Below, piece by piece: positions 10,121 through 20,297 of a stretch of 64,000 bases of DNA. The notes beneath the pieces are model-generated. The model was not told the origin of the DNA and did no database searches. It saw only the letters and a program-made list of their open reading frames with translations. Source of the DNA: an uncultured delta proteobacterium (GTDB lineage Bacteria; Myxococcota_A; Polyangia; Polyangiales; Polyangiaceae). The stretch is taken from NCBI GenBank assembly GCA_963841435.1, contig CAWJCS010000005.1, forward strand, positions 1,728,001-1,792,000, read 5' to 3'. Within the stretch, counting starts at the first letter, position 1. Each line of letters starts with the position of its first letter. Both the position numbers and the translations under genes were made by a program.

Positions 10121-11608
10121 TGGGGCGGCTCGCCGTCTCGGGGCTCGCGAAGAGCTTCGGCAAGACGCGCGTGCTCGACGACGTATCCCTCACGCTCGCT
10201 CCGGGGTCCATCCACGCCGTGCTCGGCGAAAACGGCGCGGGCAAGAGCACTCTGATGAAGATCGTCGCCGGGGCGCTCGCGCCCGATGCGGGGACGATGC
10301 TCGTCGACGGCGAGCCGTTCGCGCCGGAAGATCCGCTCGCCGCGCGGCGTCGTGGCGTCGCGATCGTGTACCAGGAGCTCTCGGTTTGCCCGCACCTAAG
10401 CGTGGCGGAGAACATCGCGCTCGGGGCCGAACCGGCGCGTTTCGGCTGGAATCTCGCGGGCGGCGCTCGCCGAGCGGGCGCGGCGAGCGCTCGCGCCCGT
10501 CGTCGGCCGGCATGCGGCGATCCGGCCCGAGGCGGTCGTCGGGGAGCTTTCGACCGGCGAGCAGCAGCTCGTCGAGATCGCTCGCGCGCTCTCGACCGAG
10601 GGGTGCCGCGTGCTCATCGTCGACGAACCGACGAGCAGCCTTGGCGGCGACGACGTCGCGCGGCTGTTCGAGACGCTCGCCGCGCTGCGCGAACGTGGGC
10701 TCGGCATTCTCTACATTTCCCACTTTCTCGACGAAGTGCGGCGCATCGCCGACGCCTTCACGGTGCTCAGCGACGGCCGCGTCGTCGCGAGCGGCGAGGT
10801 CAAAACGAAGAGCAACGACGAGCTCGTCGTAGCCATGGCGGGGCACGGCGTCGAGGCTGTCGAGCGCGGTGCCCGACGCGAGCCCGGCGAGGTCGTGCTT
10901 TCGCTCGACGAGCTCGGCGGCGAGCGGCTCCCCGTTCGCGTGACGCTCGAGCTTCACCGCGGCGAGGTGTTGGGCGTGGCCGGTCTCGTGGGCTCGGGGC
11001 GCACCGAGCTATTGCGAGCCATTTTCGGCCTCGACAAGGTGAAGCGCGGCAAGCTTCGCGTGCTTTTGCTCGACGGGCCCCGTTCGGCGCGGGAGCGACT
11101 CGCGCAGGGCGTCGGCATGGTGAGCGAGGACCGCGCGCGCGAGGGGCTCGCGCTCGACCTCTCCATCGCGCAAAACCTCGTGCTTTCACGGCTCGGAGCG
11201 TTGACGCGCCACGGCTTGCTATCGCTTGCACGCGAGCGCGACGCCGCGCGCCGCGTGATGCGCGAGCTCGACATCAAGGCCGCGGACGGCGCGGTGCGCG
11301 TCGGGGACCTGTCGGGCGGCAACCAGCAGAAGGTCGCGCTCGGTCGCCTCTTGTTCCACGACGTCAACGTGCTCTTGCTCGACGAGCCGACGCGCGGCAT
11401 CAACGTCCGGAGCCGCACCGAGATCCACCGCTTGATAGGTGAGCTTGCCGCGCGGGGCAAGGCCGTGCTCATGGTTTCGAGCCATCTCGAGGAGCTGCTT
11501 TCCGTGTGCGATCGCGTAACGGTGATGCGTCGCGGCGTGCTCGGTGCGGCGCGATCGACTGAGGGGCTCTCGGAGCGGGAGCTGCTCGGCGAGGCCGCGG
11601 GCGCATGA
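10120..11608 (+). CDS. Monosaccharide ABC transporter ATPase (two-domain, RbsA-like), frameshifted near 10450-10500
   Basis: GENGAGKST and YQEL in the first frame; LIVDEPTSSL, LSGGNQQK, LLDEPTRG in the second frame. Confidence 0.88.
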
Positions 11609-12537
11609 AAGGCCTCGTGGGGCGCGCGTGGCTGGGTCCGCTCGTGGCGCTCTGCCTCGTCTACGGCCTGTTCGCGCTGCTCGCGCCGAGCACGTTCTCG
11701 GGCTCGGTGAACCTCTTCACGATGGCGCGCCAGACGGTCGTGGTGGCCGTGACGGCGCTCGGCATGACGTACGTCATCCTGCTCGGTGGCATCGACCTTT
11801 CGGTGGGCTCCGGCGTGGCCCTCGCGGGTGTCGTCGTCGCGCGGGCGCTTTCGGCCGGGGCGGGACCCGCGAGCGCTGCCGCTGTCGGGGTCTTGGTGAC
11901 GGCGTCGTTCGGCGCGCTCAACGGCGGGCTCGTGGCGCGACTGCGCATCACGCCGTTCATCGTGACGCTCGGCACGATGAGCCTGATGCGCGGTCTCGCG
12001 AAGGGATTGTCGGGCGAACAGAAGATCGACGCCGATCCTCGCGGGCTCGACGCGCTGATGGCGCCGAGCCTCGGGCTCGCGTCGCCGGGCGTCGTTTTGC
12101 TCTTCGTGCTCGCCGTGCTCGGGGCCGTGATCCTCCACTTTACGGTGTTCGGGCGCCACACCGTGGCGATCGGCTCGAACGCCCAGACGGCGCGGCTCTG
12201 CGGTGTGCCCGTGGAACGCATGACGCTGCTCGTTTACGCGCTCGCCGGGTTGCTCACCGGCGTCGCGGGTGTGCTCGAGTTCGCCACGCTCACCGTCGGC
12301 GACCCCACGGATTCGATCGGCCTCGAGCTCGAAGCCATCGCGGCGGTCGTGATCGGCGGCGGCTCGCTCTCGGGCGGTCAGGGCTCGATCGCAGGCGCGA
12401 TGATCGGCGCGCTCTTGATGACGGTGATCAAGACCGGCTGCACGCACGTCGGCGTGCCGAACTGGGTCCAGGAGATCCTCACGGGCGTCATCATCGTGGT
12501 CGCCGTGGGCATCGACCGGGTGCGAAAGCGCCGCTGA
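11605..12537 (+). CDS. Monosaccharide ABC transporter permease (RbsC-like)
   Basis: GGIDLSVG, PFIVTLG, ELEAIAAVVIGG; ATGA coupling with the ATPase. Confidence 0.94.
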   Translation: MKGLVGRAWLGPLVALCLVYGLFALLAPSTFSGSVNLFTMARQTVVVAVTALGMTYVILLGGIDLSVGSGVALAGVVVARALSAGAGPASAAAVGVLVTASFGALNGGLVARLRITPFIVTLGTMSLMRGLAKGLSGEQKIDADPRGLDALMAPSLGLASPGVVLLFVLAVLGAVILHFTVFGRHTVAIGSNAQTARLCGVPVERMTLLVYALAGLLTGVAGVLEFATLTVGDPTDSIGLELEAIAAVVIGGGSLSGGQGSIAGAMIGALLMTVIKTGCTHVGVPNWVQEILTGVIIVVAVGIDRVRKRR

Positions 12538-12597
12538 CCGTGGCGCGGGTGTCGCTTCGATGCCGAACGGCGCGGGTGCGCGGCGGGCCCTCTGGCC

Positions 12598-12870
12598 TCA
12601 GGCGGTGCCGAAACGGCGGGCGGCCTGGGCGCGGCGCTTGTCGGCTTCGATGTCGCGATTGCGCGGCGGGGCATTCGTCACGAGGGCGTCGATGAGCGTC
12701 GTGGCGCTCGCCTTGACCTCGGCAACGGCGCGTTCGAAGGCCGCCTGATTCGCCTTGGAGGGGTGCGTGAAGCCGCTCAGCTTACGGACGAATTGCAACG
12801 AGGCCTCGCGAATCTCTTCCTCGGTCGCCGGCGGCTCGAAGTTGAACAGCGTGCGGATGTTGCGGCACAT
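12598..12870 (-). CDS. DUF2277 family protein
   Basis: Characteristic MCRNIRTLFNFEPPATEEEI...LQFVRKLSG N-terminus. Confidence 0.85.
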   Translation of the reverse strand: MCRNIRTLFNFEPPATEEEIREASLQFVRKLSGFTHPSKANQAAFERAVAEVKASATTLIDALVTNAPPRNRDIEADKRRAQAARRFGTA

Positions 12871-12876
12871 GGTGCG

Positions 12877-13095
12877 TCAGGGTTTGGGCGGGGCGAGACT
12901 TTTGAGCATCGCCATCACGTTCGCGCGCTGCTCGGGGGCGGCTGCGGCGTAGAGCGGGAGGACGTCGAGCAGGTCGGCACGCGCGGCGGCGTCGAGGTTC
13001 GCGTAGCGGGCCGCGAGGTCCACGAATTCCATGCGCTGCTCGGGTGTCATCTCGTCGAACACGCTGAGCAAGCTCTGGTAGATCGATGCTGTCAC
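12877..13095 (-). CDS. Small helical hypothetical protein
   Basis: Ordinary codon usage with internal PEQR/AAAR helical repeats; co-oriented with DUF2277. Start estimated. Confidence 0.55.
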   Translation of the reverse strand: MTASIYQSLLSVFDEMTPEQRMEFVDLAARYANLDAAARADLLDVLPLYAAAAPEQRANVMAMLKSLAPPKP

Positions 13096-13333
13096 GTTCT
13101 TCTGCTTCGTCGGCGGTTCCGAATAGAACTGAGGAAACTCATCTCGCGAAGATTTCACGCGCGAAAAAGATCCTGCTTCCACGCGCCGAAGTCAAATCGC
13201 GGCGTAGGAGCGGCGGCTGCAATGTAGGTGGAGCACCGACCAAAGTGTGCGAGAACCCTCGACGGTGTCGGCGGAAACGCGCAGCGACACTTCTCCACGT
13301 CACGAAACCCGGATACTCTCGTGAGATCGGGTC

Positions 13334-13963
13334 ATGCGTCCGAGGGTCGTCTCGTTGGCGCTCGTGGTGGCGTTCCCGGTCTCGCTTGCACGAGCCGAGC
13401 CCGCGGCGACGCCCGACTCGGGTGCTCCCGCGGCGCTTCCGAGCGCGCCTGCGTCGCCACCGCCCGCGTCGCCCCCGGCCGGCTCGCCCGGCGCCCCTGG
13501 AGCTGCGCCTGTCGCTCCGCCGGCTGTCGCTCCAGCGCTAGGGCGGCGCCGCGCCGTCGCCCCCCGCCGGCGCCCGCGCCCGCGCCCGTCGCTCCCCCCC
13601 GGGCGCCGGCGTCCGCTACGCCTCCGGCGCCCGCGTCGTCCCCGGCTCCGGCCCCCGTTGCTGCTGCCGCGGGCGTGGGGCCCGCGCCGAACGCCGCCGC
13701 GCCGGCCCCCGGCGCATCGGCCCAGCGCGAAGGCGCGCGCGGCTTCGGTATCGGTGTCGCCTACGCGGAGGTCGCGCCGCGGCCCGCGTCGCGCTCGGCC
13801 GCCGCACGTGGGTGTCGGGCCGAACCTTGGCGTGGGCTTTCGCGTCCGCACGCTGCACGTGGGCGCGACGGGAACTTGGTCGCCGCCACACCTGCACGGC
13901 GAGGCGCGCGAGGGACGCTCGAGCCTTTTCACGGGTGCCTTGAGCGTCGGGCTCGATCACTGA
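13334..13963 (+). CDS. Exported Pro/Ala-rich hypothetical protein, probably with internal frameshifts
   Basis: Signal peptide ending ARA. The Pro/Ala-rich linker continues in another frame from about 13560 to 13800. C-terminal beta-strand-like GALSVGLDH. Confidence 0.45.
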   Translation: MRPRVVSLALVVAFPVSLARAEPAATPDSGAPAALPSAPASPPPASPPAGSPGAPGAAPVAPPAVAPALGRRRAVAPRRRPRPRPSLPPGRRRPLRLRRPRRPRLRPPLLLPRAWGPRRTPPRRPPAHRPSAKARAASVSVSPTRRSRRGPRRARPPHVGVGPNLGVGFRVRTLHVGATGTWSPPHLHGEAREGRSSLFTGALSVGLDH

Positions 13964-14061
13964 GCCCGACCAAAAGCCGCCAGACGACGGCACGTCGAGC
14001 GGCCCACCCCTCGGCCTTTTCGAACCTCGAACCTGCGAACGCGGCGCGCTGCTCTGCGCGG

Positions 14062-15579
14062 TCAGGTCGCGCCGAGGATTCGCACGCGAAACCCGAGCTC
14101 TTGGCTGAGCGCGACCATCTCGCCGAACACGTCGCCGTACGCGACCGCCACGTGGTTCGACTGATAGTGCGCCATCAGCGTGTCGCGCCCGACGCCGAGG
14201 TCGGCCGCCATGAAGGGCCACTCACGCGTCGTGCCTTCCCACCACGCATCACGCGTCGCCGGTGGCAGCTTCACGACCTCGCCCTTGCCGACGTCCATGA
14301 AAAGCTCGTCGTGCTGGATGTAGGCGCGTGCCCAGGTGATGCTGCCGGGCAAGCTCTCGCCCGCGAATGACCCGCCTGGCGTGGGGAAATAGAGCGCGGG
14401 CTGGCGGTAGCTGTGCGCGCCCTTCAGCGTGTCGGGATCGTGATTGAAGGCGTACGCGCCACACGAGCCCGAGTTCAGAAGCACCCACAGAAAGCGCCCG
14501 TCGTGCTCGGCGCCCCAGCGCACGTCGTGGAACATCACGGCCTGGTGCAGGCCCTTGTCGGCGAGCAGCCGTTTGAGCATCTCCATCGGGATGACGTTGC
14601 CCTGGTCGGCTTCGGTGGCGGTCGCGAGCGTGTCGCCGTTCGATTCGGGTCGGCACTTCGAGTTGAAGAGCCCTTCGGCGAGATCCGAGGGGGGGCGGAG
14701 CGGAATGAGGCCGAGCTGGTACTGCCAGCCGAGGCAATCGGCGCCGTACTCGCCGACGAGGTCGAGCACGGCGAGGTAGTCGCGGAGCTGCTCGCGCGAG
14801 GCCTTTTCCGTGAAGTCCTGTGCCGTGCCTTCGCCGAAGTGAAAGACGAGACCGCGATCTTTCACGAAGCGGAAGGCGTCGTCGATGCGTGCGTCGGCGA
14901 TGCCGCGACCACGGTCGATGATCCACGCCTGGTCGATCTTGTGCTCGGAAAAGCCGTAGGGCGCGAGCAGCCGCGGGCCGAAGTAGCCGTTGATCATGCC
15001 CATCGACGTGTCGCCCAGCATGAGGATCAGCGGGCGCTTCTCACGGATGCCCTGCGCGACCCTCGCCGCGCGCGCTGCGGCGTCCTCGGAGACGGCGGCG
15101 TGATGGCGGATGCCGTCGGTCGGGTACGTCACCGTTCCGGTGCGGCACCACTCGTCGAGCGCGGCCATGAACTGCGGATCGGACGAGAAGTCCGCGGCCG
15201 TCGTCCAGATGCGCGAGTGCTTGCGGTTCAGGCTCGTGAGGCACGCACCCGTGTTCAAAAGTCCCACGAGGCCAGGCCAGCGACCCGAGAAGTTCGAGGC
15301 GAGCAGGAGCGGGTTGTCCTTGCCGACGACGCCCTCGGTCGTGTGCGGCCCGTACACCCAGTGTGCGAAGACACCCGCGATCGGGTCGTCGATCGGACCG
15401 AGCTTGTCGCGCGCCTCGTGCGGCTTCTCGAGGAAGCCCGGCACGCGCTGCGGCTCGCGCCCTACCTTCTTCAGGGCTTTCTCGAGCTCGACGCTGGCGC
15501 TCTCGACGCTTTCGAGCGCGAGCTCGTTGGGCTTGCGGCGGGCGTCGCCGGGCCAGTAAACGAAAACCTTCTTAGACAT
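14062..15579 (-). CDS. L-fucose/L-arabinose isomerase-like protein
   Basis: 505 aa; LLLASNFSGRWPGLVGLLN, GCLGWQYQ-like segment, EAD, SNHVAVAYG recall the FucI/AraA superfamily; flanked by sugar ABC genes. Confidence 0.7.
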   Translation of the reverse strand: MSKKVFVYWPGDARRKPNELALESVESASVELEKALKKVGREPQRVPGFLEKPHEARDKLGPIDDPIAGVFAHWVYGPHTTEGVVGKDNPLLLASNFSGRWPGLVGLLNTGACLTSLNRKHSRIWTTAADFSSDPQFMAALDEWCRTGTVTYPTDGIRHHAAVSEDAAARAARVAQGIREKRPLILMLGDTSMGMINGYFGPRLLAPYGFSEHKIDQAWIIDRGRGIADARIDDAFRFVKDRGLVFHFGEGTAQDFTEKASREQLRDYLAVLDLVGEYGADCLGWQYQLGLIPLRPPSDLAEGLFNSKCRPESNGDTLATATEADQGNVIPMEMLKRLLADKGLHQAVMFHDVRWGAEHDGRFLWVLLNSGSCGAYAFNHDPDTLKGAHSYRQPALYFPTPGGSFAGESLPGSITWARAYIQHDELFMDVGKGEVVKLPPATRDAWWEGTTREWPFMAADLGVGRDTLMAHYQSNHVAVAYGDVFGEMVALSQELGFRVRILGAT

Positions 15580-15642
15580 CGGGTCCCTCGGTTCGGCTCA
15601 TTCTGAGCCTCCGGGGCCCGCCGGGTAAAGCCCCGTGCGCGG

Positions 15643-16248
15643 TCAGCTGCGATCCGGGCCTTCGCGGAAGATCGCTTCGATCTTCTCGAGCGCTTCGTCG
15701 AACACCTGATGCACTGCGTGCATCGTGTGCGGATTCACGGCGCCGCGACGCGCCACGCGCCGAAACGCCCTCACGAGGCGCGAGAAGCGCTTCGCGAGCT
15801 CCGCGACCTGATCGGCGTGCGTCTCCCACGGCGAGTCTTCGACGCGGTCGTAGAACGCGGCAACGAGGTCGCGGTGCTCGTCGAGATCGCGCCGGCCGGC
15901 TTCGGTGATCGCGTACACCTTGCGGCCATCGCGCTCGGCGCTCGTCGTGTGACCGAGCTCCTCGAGCATCTGCAACGTCGGGTACACGACGCCCGGGCTC
16001 GGGCGGTACGCGCCGCCGCTCTTCTCCTCGATGTGGTGCATCACCTCGTAGCCGTGGCGCGCGGTCTCGGCGAGCGCATCGAGCACGAGGTAACGAACGG
16101 CGCCTCGGTCGGCGCGCGGCGCCGGCTCGCCCGACAGCTCGGACCAGAGCCCGAAACGGCGCGCGCCGTGGTGGTGCCGACCGTGCCAGTGGCCGCGCAT
16201 GAACATTCCGTGGGGACCCCATTCACCTTGATAAAACATCGAATTCAT
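15643..16248 (-). CDS. PadR-family transcriptional regulator (YqjI-like, His-rich N-terminus)
   Basis: RGAVRYLVLDAL...HGYEV...YRPSPGVVYPTLQMLEELG...RKVYAITEAG; N-terminal HWHGRHHH. Confidence 0.92.
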   Translation of the reverse strand: MNSMFYQGEWGPHGMFMRGHWHGRHHHGARRFGLWSELSGEPAPRADRGAVRYLVLDALAETARHGYEVMHHIEEKSGGAYRPSPGVVYPTLQMLEELGHTTSAERDGRKVYAITEAGRRDLDEHRDLVAAFYDRVEDSPWETHADQVAELAKRFSRLVRAFRRVARRGAVNPHTMHAVHQVFDEALEKIEAIFREGPDRS

Positions 16249-16298
16249 TCCTGTTTTAAGTATCGACCCGGCCCGGAAACCCTACCGAGCCATCTGGC

Positions 16299-16321
16299 AG
16301 ATACATCATGAAGATATATCT
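16299..16321. promoter_or_regulatory. Candidate PadR operator: perfect palindrome AGATATATCT plus adjacent degenerate copy AGATACATCA
   Basis: AT-rich palindromes at 16312-16321 and 16299-16308, 50-75 bp upstream of the padR start in a very GC-rich background. Confidence 0.6.
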
Positions 16322-16406
16322 GGATCGAGCCGCCGCGGGCGTCAAGTGGGAGGCAGGGCGCCCACGGACGGGCATACAGCCGGCTGTCGCGAGCGGGGTC
16401 AGCGCG

Positions 16407-16814
16407 GTCGCGCGGGCGCAGGGCGGCGTGTCGCGCGGGCGCAGGGCGGCGTGTCGCGCGGGCGCAGGGCGGCGTGTCGCGCGGGCGCAGGGCGGCGTGT
16501 CGCGCGGGCGCAGGGCGGCGTGTCGCGCGGGCGCAGGGCGGCGTGTCGCGCGGGCGCAGGGCGGCGTGTCGCGCGGGCGCAGGGCGGCGTGTCGCGCGGG
16601 CGCAGGGCGGCGTGTCGCGCGGGCGCAGGGCGGCGTGTCGCGCGGGCGCAGGGCGGCGTGTCGCGCGGGCGCAGGGCGGCGTGTCGCGCGGGCGCAGGGC
16701 GGCGTGTCGCGCGGGCGCAGGGCGGCGTGTCGCGCGGGCGCAGGGCGGCGTGTCGCGCGGGCGCAGGGCGGCGTGTCGCGCGGGCGCAGGGCGGCGTGTC
16801 GCGCGGGCGCAGGG
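16407..16814. repeat. Perfect 23-bp tandem repeat GTCGCGCGGGCGCAGGGCGGCGT, 17 full copies plus a partial
   Basis: Unit starts at 16407 and 16798 differ by 391 = 17 x 23; no spacers; intergenic. Confidence 0.97.
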
Positions 16815-16870
16815 GCAGCCGCGTCGCGTGGGAGCGACGTTCGCCCGGCGCTCTGCGGCGGCGGGTGTCG

Positions 16871-17845
16871 CTATTCGAGCGCGGCGCCGCCCCTTGCGAC
16901 GTTGTCTTTCGTGAAGAGGCGGGTGCCGAGGGTGATGCGCTTGGGGGCGGGCCTGCCGGCGAGGATCGAGAGCGCAAGCTCGATCGCTTCGGCGCCGCCC
17001 GTCGGGTAGGCGAACGTCGCGTCGAGGATGCCATCGCGCACGTAGCGCACCCCTTCGTGCGGCAGCGCGTCGATGCCGACGAACTTCATCTCGTGCTCGC
17101 GACCCGCCGCCTTCGCGGCGAGGTACGCGCCGTGCGCGCCGGGGTCGTTGTGCGCGTACACGAGCGAGATCTTCGGGTTCGCCGCGAGCGCCGACTCCAT
17201 CTCTCGCCGCGCGTTTGGCTCGAGCCACTGCATGTCGGCCTCGAACACCACCTTGAGGCCGGGGTGCGCTTCGAGCGCGATGGCCTGGCGAAACCCGCTG
17301 TGCCGGTCCTGTCCCGGCGTCGATGTCATGAGGCCCTCGAGCTCCACGATCGTGCCTTTGCCGCCGAGCGCGGCGAGGGCCCATTTGCCTGCCTCGCGAC
17401 CGATACGCTGGTTGTCCGCGCCGATGAAAGTCGTGAAGGCGTCGCCCTCGACGGCCCGGTCGAGCACGATCACGGGGATGCCCTTTTTGAACACCTCCGC
17501 TACGGGCTTCGTGAGCGGCGCCGCCTCCTTGGGTGACACGAGCAACAGGTCGATTCCCTGGGCCAAGAGCTCCTCCACCTGAGCGCGCTGTCGCAGAGAA
17601 TCATTTTGCGCATCCTTGAACACGAGCTTCAGGTTCGGGTGTGCCTTGGCGGCCTCGGCGATGTCGGCGTTCATCTGCACGCGCCAGGGCTCGCCGAGGT
17701 TGCACTGGCTCATGCCGACCACGAAAGTCTTCGGTCCGGCGGCGCTCGGCGCCGCCGACGGAACGGGCGCTAGGGACTTGTCGCGGCAACCCAAGAGGCC
17801 CGCGAAGGCCCCGAGCAGCGCGACCAGCGTCGGCAGGCGCGTCAT
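16871..17845 (-). CDS. Monosaccharide ABC transporter substrate-binding lipoprotein
   Basis: LLGC lipobox; VGMSQCNLGEPWRVQMN, VIVLDR, IGADN, VYAHND, FVGIDAL. Confidence 0.92.
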   Translation of the reverse strand: MTRLPTLVALLGAFAGLLGCRDKSLAPVPSAAPSAAGPKTFVVGMSQCNLGEPWRVQMNADIAEAAKAHPNLKLVFKDAQNDSLRQRAQVEELLAQGIDLLLVSPKEAAPLTKPVAEVFKKGIPVIVLDRAVEGDAFTTFIGADNQRIGREAGKWALAALGGKGTIVELEGLMTSTPGQDRHSGFRQAIALEAHPGLKVVFEADMQWLEPNARREMESALAANPKISLVYAHNDPGAHGAYLAAKAAGREHEMKFVGIDALPHEGVRYVRDGILDATFAYPTGGAEAIELALSILAGRPAPKRITLGTRLFTKDNVARGGAALE

Positions 17846-17989
17846 GGAGGGCATCTCAGCTCCCCGGCACGGCGAGATCAAGCACGCGACCGGCGTGGCC
17901 CGCTGTGGGTGGAACGGCGCGCCGCCTGCGGCCGTTTCGTAGGGCTCCGCTGGTCGCCCAAAAACCCAACGAACCGCGGCGCTGAAGGC

Positions 17990-18355
17990 TCAGCCTCGCC
18001 GGTCGCCGCCCGGCTGCAGATCGGCCTTGAGCACGGTGAGATCTTCGAGGAGCTCGAGCAGCTCCGCCTCGAGGCCGCCGTTGCCGAGCAGCGAAAGCGC
18101 CTGGTCGAGCGACAGCACACGCGACCCCGGGCGCTTGCGCAGCGCGCGGCGAATGCAGCGATTCCCGAGCACCGGCACCCCGGCGACCAGCGTGACGATG
18201 CGAGAACGGCCGGCCCAGGGGTCGTTGAGCGCGCTCAGCAGGTCGTGCACGGTTGCGAGCGAGTTCAGGTCCTCGGCGTTCACGCGACACGCGTCGCCGT
18301 CCGGAGAGAGTAGCGCGTCGGGCTCGAGCGGAGCGCGAACGGTCGAGCCCGGCAT
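17990..18355 (-). CDS. Small protein resembling a truncated HDOD-domain N-terminus
   Basis: LLSALNDP...IVTLVAGVPVLGNRCIRRA...VLSLDQALSLLG parallels the HDOD pattern LxxLNDP...DPALxxRLL...IxxAIxxLG. Confidence 0.45.
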   Translation of the reverse strand: MPGSTVRAPLEPDALLSPDGDACRVNAEDLNSLATVHDLLSALNDPWAGRSRIVTLVAGVPVLGNRCIRRALRKRPGSRVLSLDQALSLLGNGGLEAELLELLEDLTVLKADLQPGGDRRG

Positions 18356-18723
18356 CCTACCGACCTAGCCGGGTTTGGCGCGGGCCGCCACCGGACGGAA
18401 GACGATGCGGCACGTGAACGGTCCTCGATGCGGTTCGTGACTGCGCGGCGAAACGAGCAGGACAGCCGCCGGGGATGAGCTCGACGGCCTCGAGCCGCAC
18501 CCAGAGGCAGCCTTTTCCGAACAGAACGGCGACGTTGAGATGACCCGTGCTGACGCGAAGTAGCCGTCGTGGGTCGCGCGCGCTTCGAGCACCGCCGTCG
18601 TGCTTTCGTTGCCATGATGGTCTCCTGGTCCCGCGGGGCGAGACCTTCCGAGCGGGGCTACGGCCGCCCCCGTCGGCGCGTAACCCCGGCGCGACCGAGC
18701 CCGAAAAGAGCGCGGAAAGCCGT

Positions 18724-20178
18724 TCATTTGGCGGCGACGAGGAACGCGATCGCGATGGCGAGCGCCACGGCGGCGACGGCCAGGCCGATGAGCGTTCGTC
18801 GCACGCCGCCCGGCGAGACGCTGACCGCGCCGTCGGCGACCGACAGACGCTCCGGTGAGCGACGCAAGAGGTCGAGCGCGGGGTGCGGCGCTTCGGGCGT
18901 GGGCGGCGGTGGGGTGAAAAGCACGGCGGCTTCCGCGGTGAACGGTGCCGAGCTGAGCGGCAGGTCTCCGGGTCCCGCCCAGGTCTCCACCTGCGCGACG
19001 AGTCGGGCTCGCGCCGCGAGTGTCTCGGCGGCAAGATCGTTCACCCACTCGGCGACACGCCGCGCGGACGCGCCCGGTACTGCTTGCTCGAGTGCCAACG
19101 CGAAATCGCGCGGGCTCTCGAAGCGCGCCTCGGCCTCGGACTGAAGGGCACGCATGGCAACGGCTTCCACCTTCGACGAGAGGTCCTGCCGATACTCGCT
19201 CGGCTTGGGATAGTTACCGTCGAGGATCTTCTGCATGCGCTCGTGCTCGCTGTCGGCCATGAACAGGCGCCGCGTCGAGAGCAGCTCCCACAGGATGATC
19301 CCCGCCGAGAACACGTCCGAACGCTGCGTGAGGCGCTCGCCGCGGATCTGCTCGGGCGACATGTAGCCGCTCTTGCCCTTCACACGGTTCGGGTTCGATT
19401 CTTCGAGCGATTCCAGGGCCTTAGCGATGCCGAAGTCGAGCACGCGCGACTGCCCGTCGGCCCCGACGATCACGTTGGGCGGCGAGATGTCACGGTGCAC
19501 GAGACCGAGCGGCTTGCCCTTCTCGTCGAGCGCGTCGTGCACGGCTTCGAGGCCCTGCAGCATGTCTTGCACGATCCTCACGGCGACATCGAGCGGGATG
19601 TGCTCCTTCTTCTCCTTGGCCTGCTTGCGGCAGAGCGTGCTCAGCGCCTCGCCGTGCACGTACTCGAGCACGAGCAACACGTCGCCCTTCGAGGCGACGA
19701 CGTCGAGCGTGGGCACGACGTTCGGGTGGCGCACGCGCGCGGCAAGCCGTGCCTCGTTGAGCAGCATCTGCGTGAAGTCCTCGTTTTGGACGAGGTTCGG
19801 CAGCAAGCGCTTGATCGCGACCACGCGCGAGAAGCCGCCGGCGCCGTCGAGGCGACCGAGGTGCACGGTGGCCATGCCGCCCGTCGCGAACTGATCGAAG
19901 AGCGCGTAGCGGCCGATGCGCGCGATGGGCAGTCGCATGGAGAGCGGAGCGCTGCTCGCGGGCGCCGAGTCCGGCACCACGAGCTCCTCTTCTTCGCCGA
20001 GCCAGAGGCCGCCCGACACGACGGGGTTGTGCGTGCCGGCGCTGCCGTCGAGCTTGATCTTCCCGTTGCAGCCGCGGCACGCGAGCAGCGAAACGCGGCC
20101 GCGCACGCGCTTCTCGTAGAGATCGTACGGCACGGCCATCCGTTTGCCGCAGCTCGAGCACTGGACGGTGTACGCCAT
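18724..20178 (-). CDS. Ser/Thr protein kinase with N-terminal zinc ribbon and C-terminal membrane anchor
   Basis: CSSC...CRGC; GGMATV, VAIK, HRDISPPN, DFGIAK, YMSPEQ, DVFSAG; terminal hydrophobic helix. Confidence 0.95.
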   Translation of the reverse strand: MAYTVQCSSCGKRMAVPYDLYEKRVRGRVSLLACRGCNGKIKLDGSAGTHNPVVSGGLWLGEEEELVVPDSAPASSAPLSMRLPIARIGRYALFDQFATGGMATVHLGRLDGAGGFSRVVAIKRLLPNLVQNEDFTQMLLNEARLAARVRHPNVVPTLDVVASKGDVLLVLEYVHGEALSTLCRKQAKEKKEHIPLDVAVRIVQDMLQGLEAVHDALDEKGKPLGLVHRDISPPNVIVGADGQSRVLDFGIAKALESLEESNPNRVKGKSGYMSPEQIRGERLTQRSDVFSAGIILWELLSTRRLFMADSEHERMQKILDGNYPKPSEYRQDLSSKVEAVAMRALQSEAEARFESPRDFALALEQAVPGASARRVAEWVNDLAAETLAARARLVAQVETWAGPGDLPLSSAPFTAEAAVLFTPPPPTPEAPHPALDLLRRSPERLSVADGAVSVSPGGVRRTLIGLAVAAVALAIAIAFLVAAK

Positions 20179-20297
20179 CGGCCGGGGGAGACGAGACTAG
20201 TGCCTGGCGCTAAACTTCACAAATCCTGGACTGCGGCCGGAGCGCATTCGTGCACTTCCGCCCGCAGCGGTATGCGCGCGTGGCATTTCGGCCGTGG

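Noticed and set aside
16407-16814. Possible CRISPR array
   Set aside because: Units abut with no unique spacers, and no cas genes are in the window.
18357-18620. Possible small frameshifted gene between the kinase and the HDOD-like gene
   Set aside because: Plausible peptide pieces fall in three frames and no family can be recognised.
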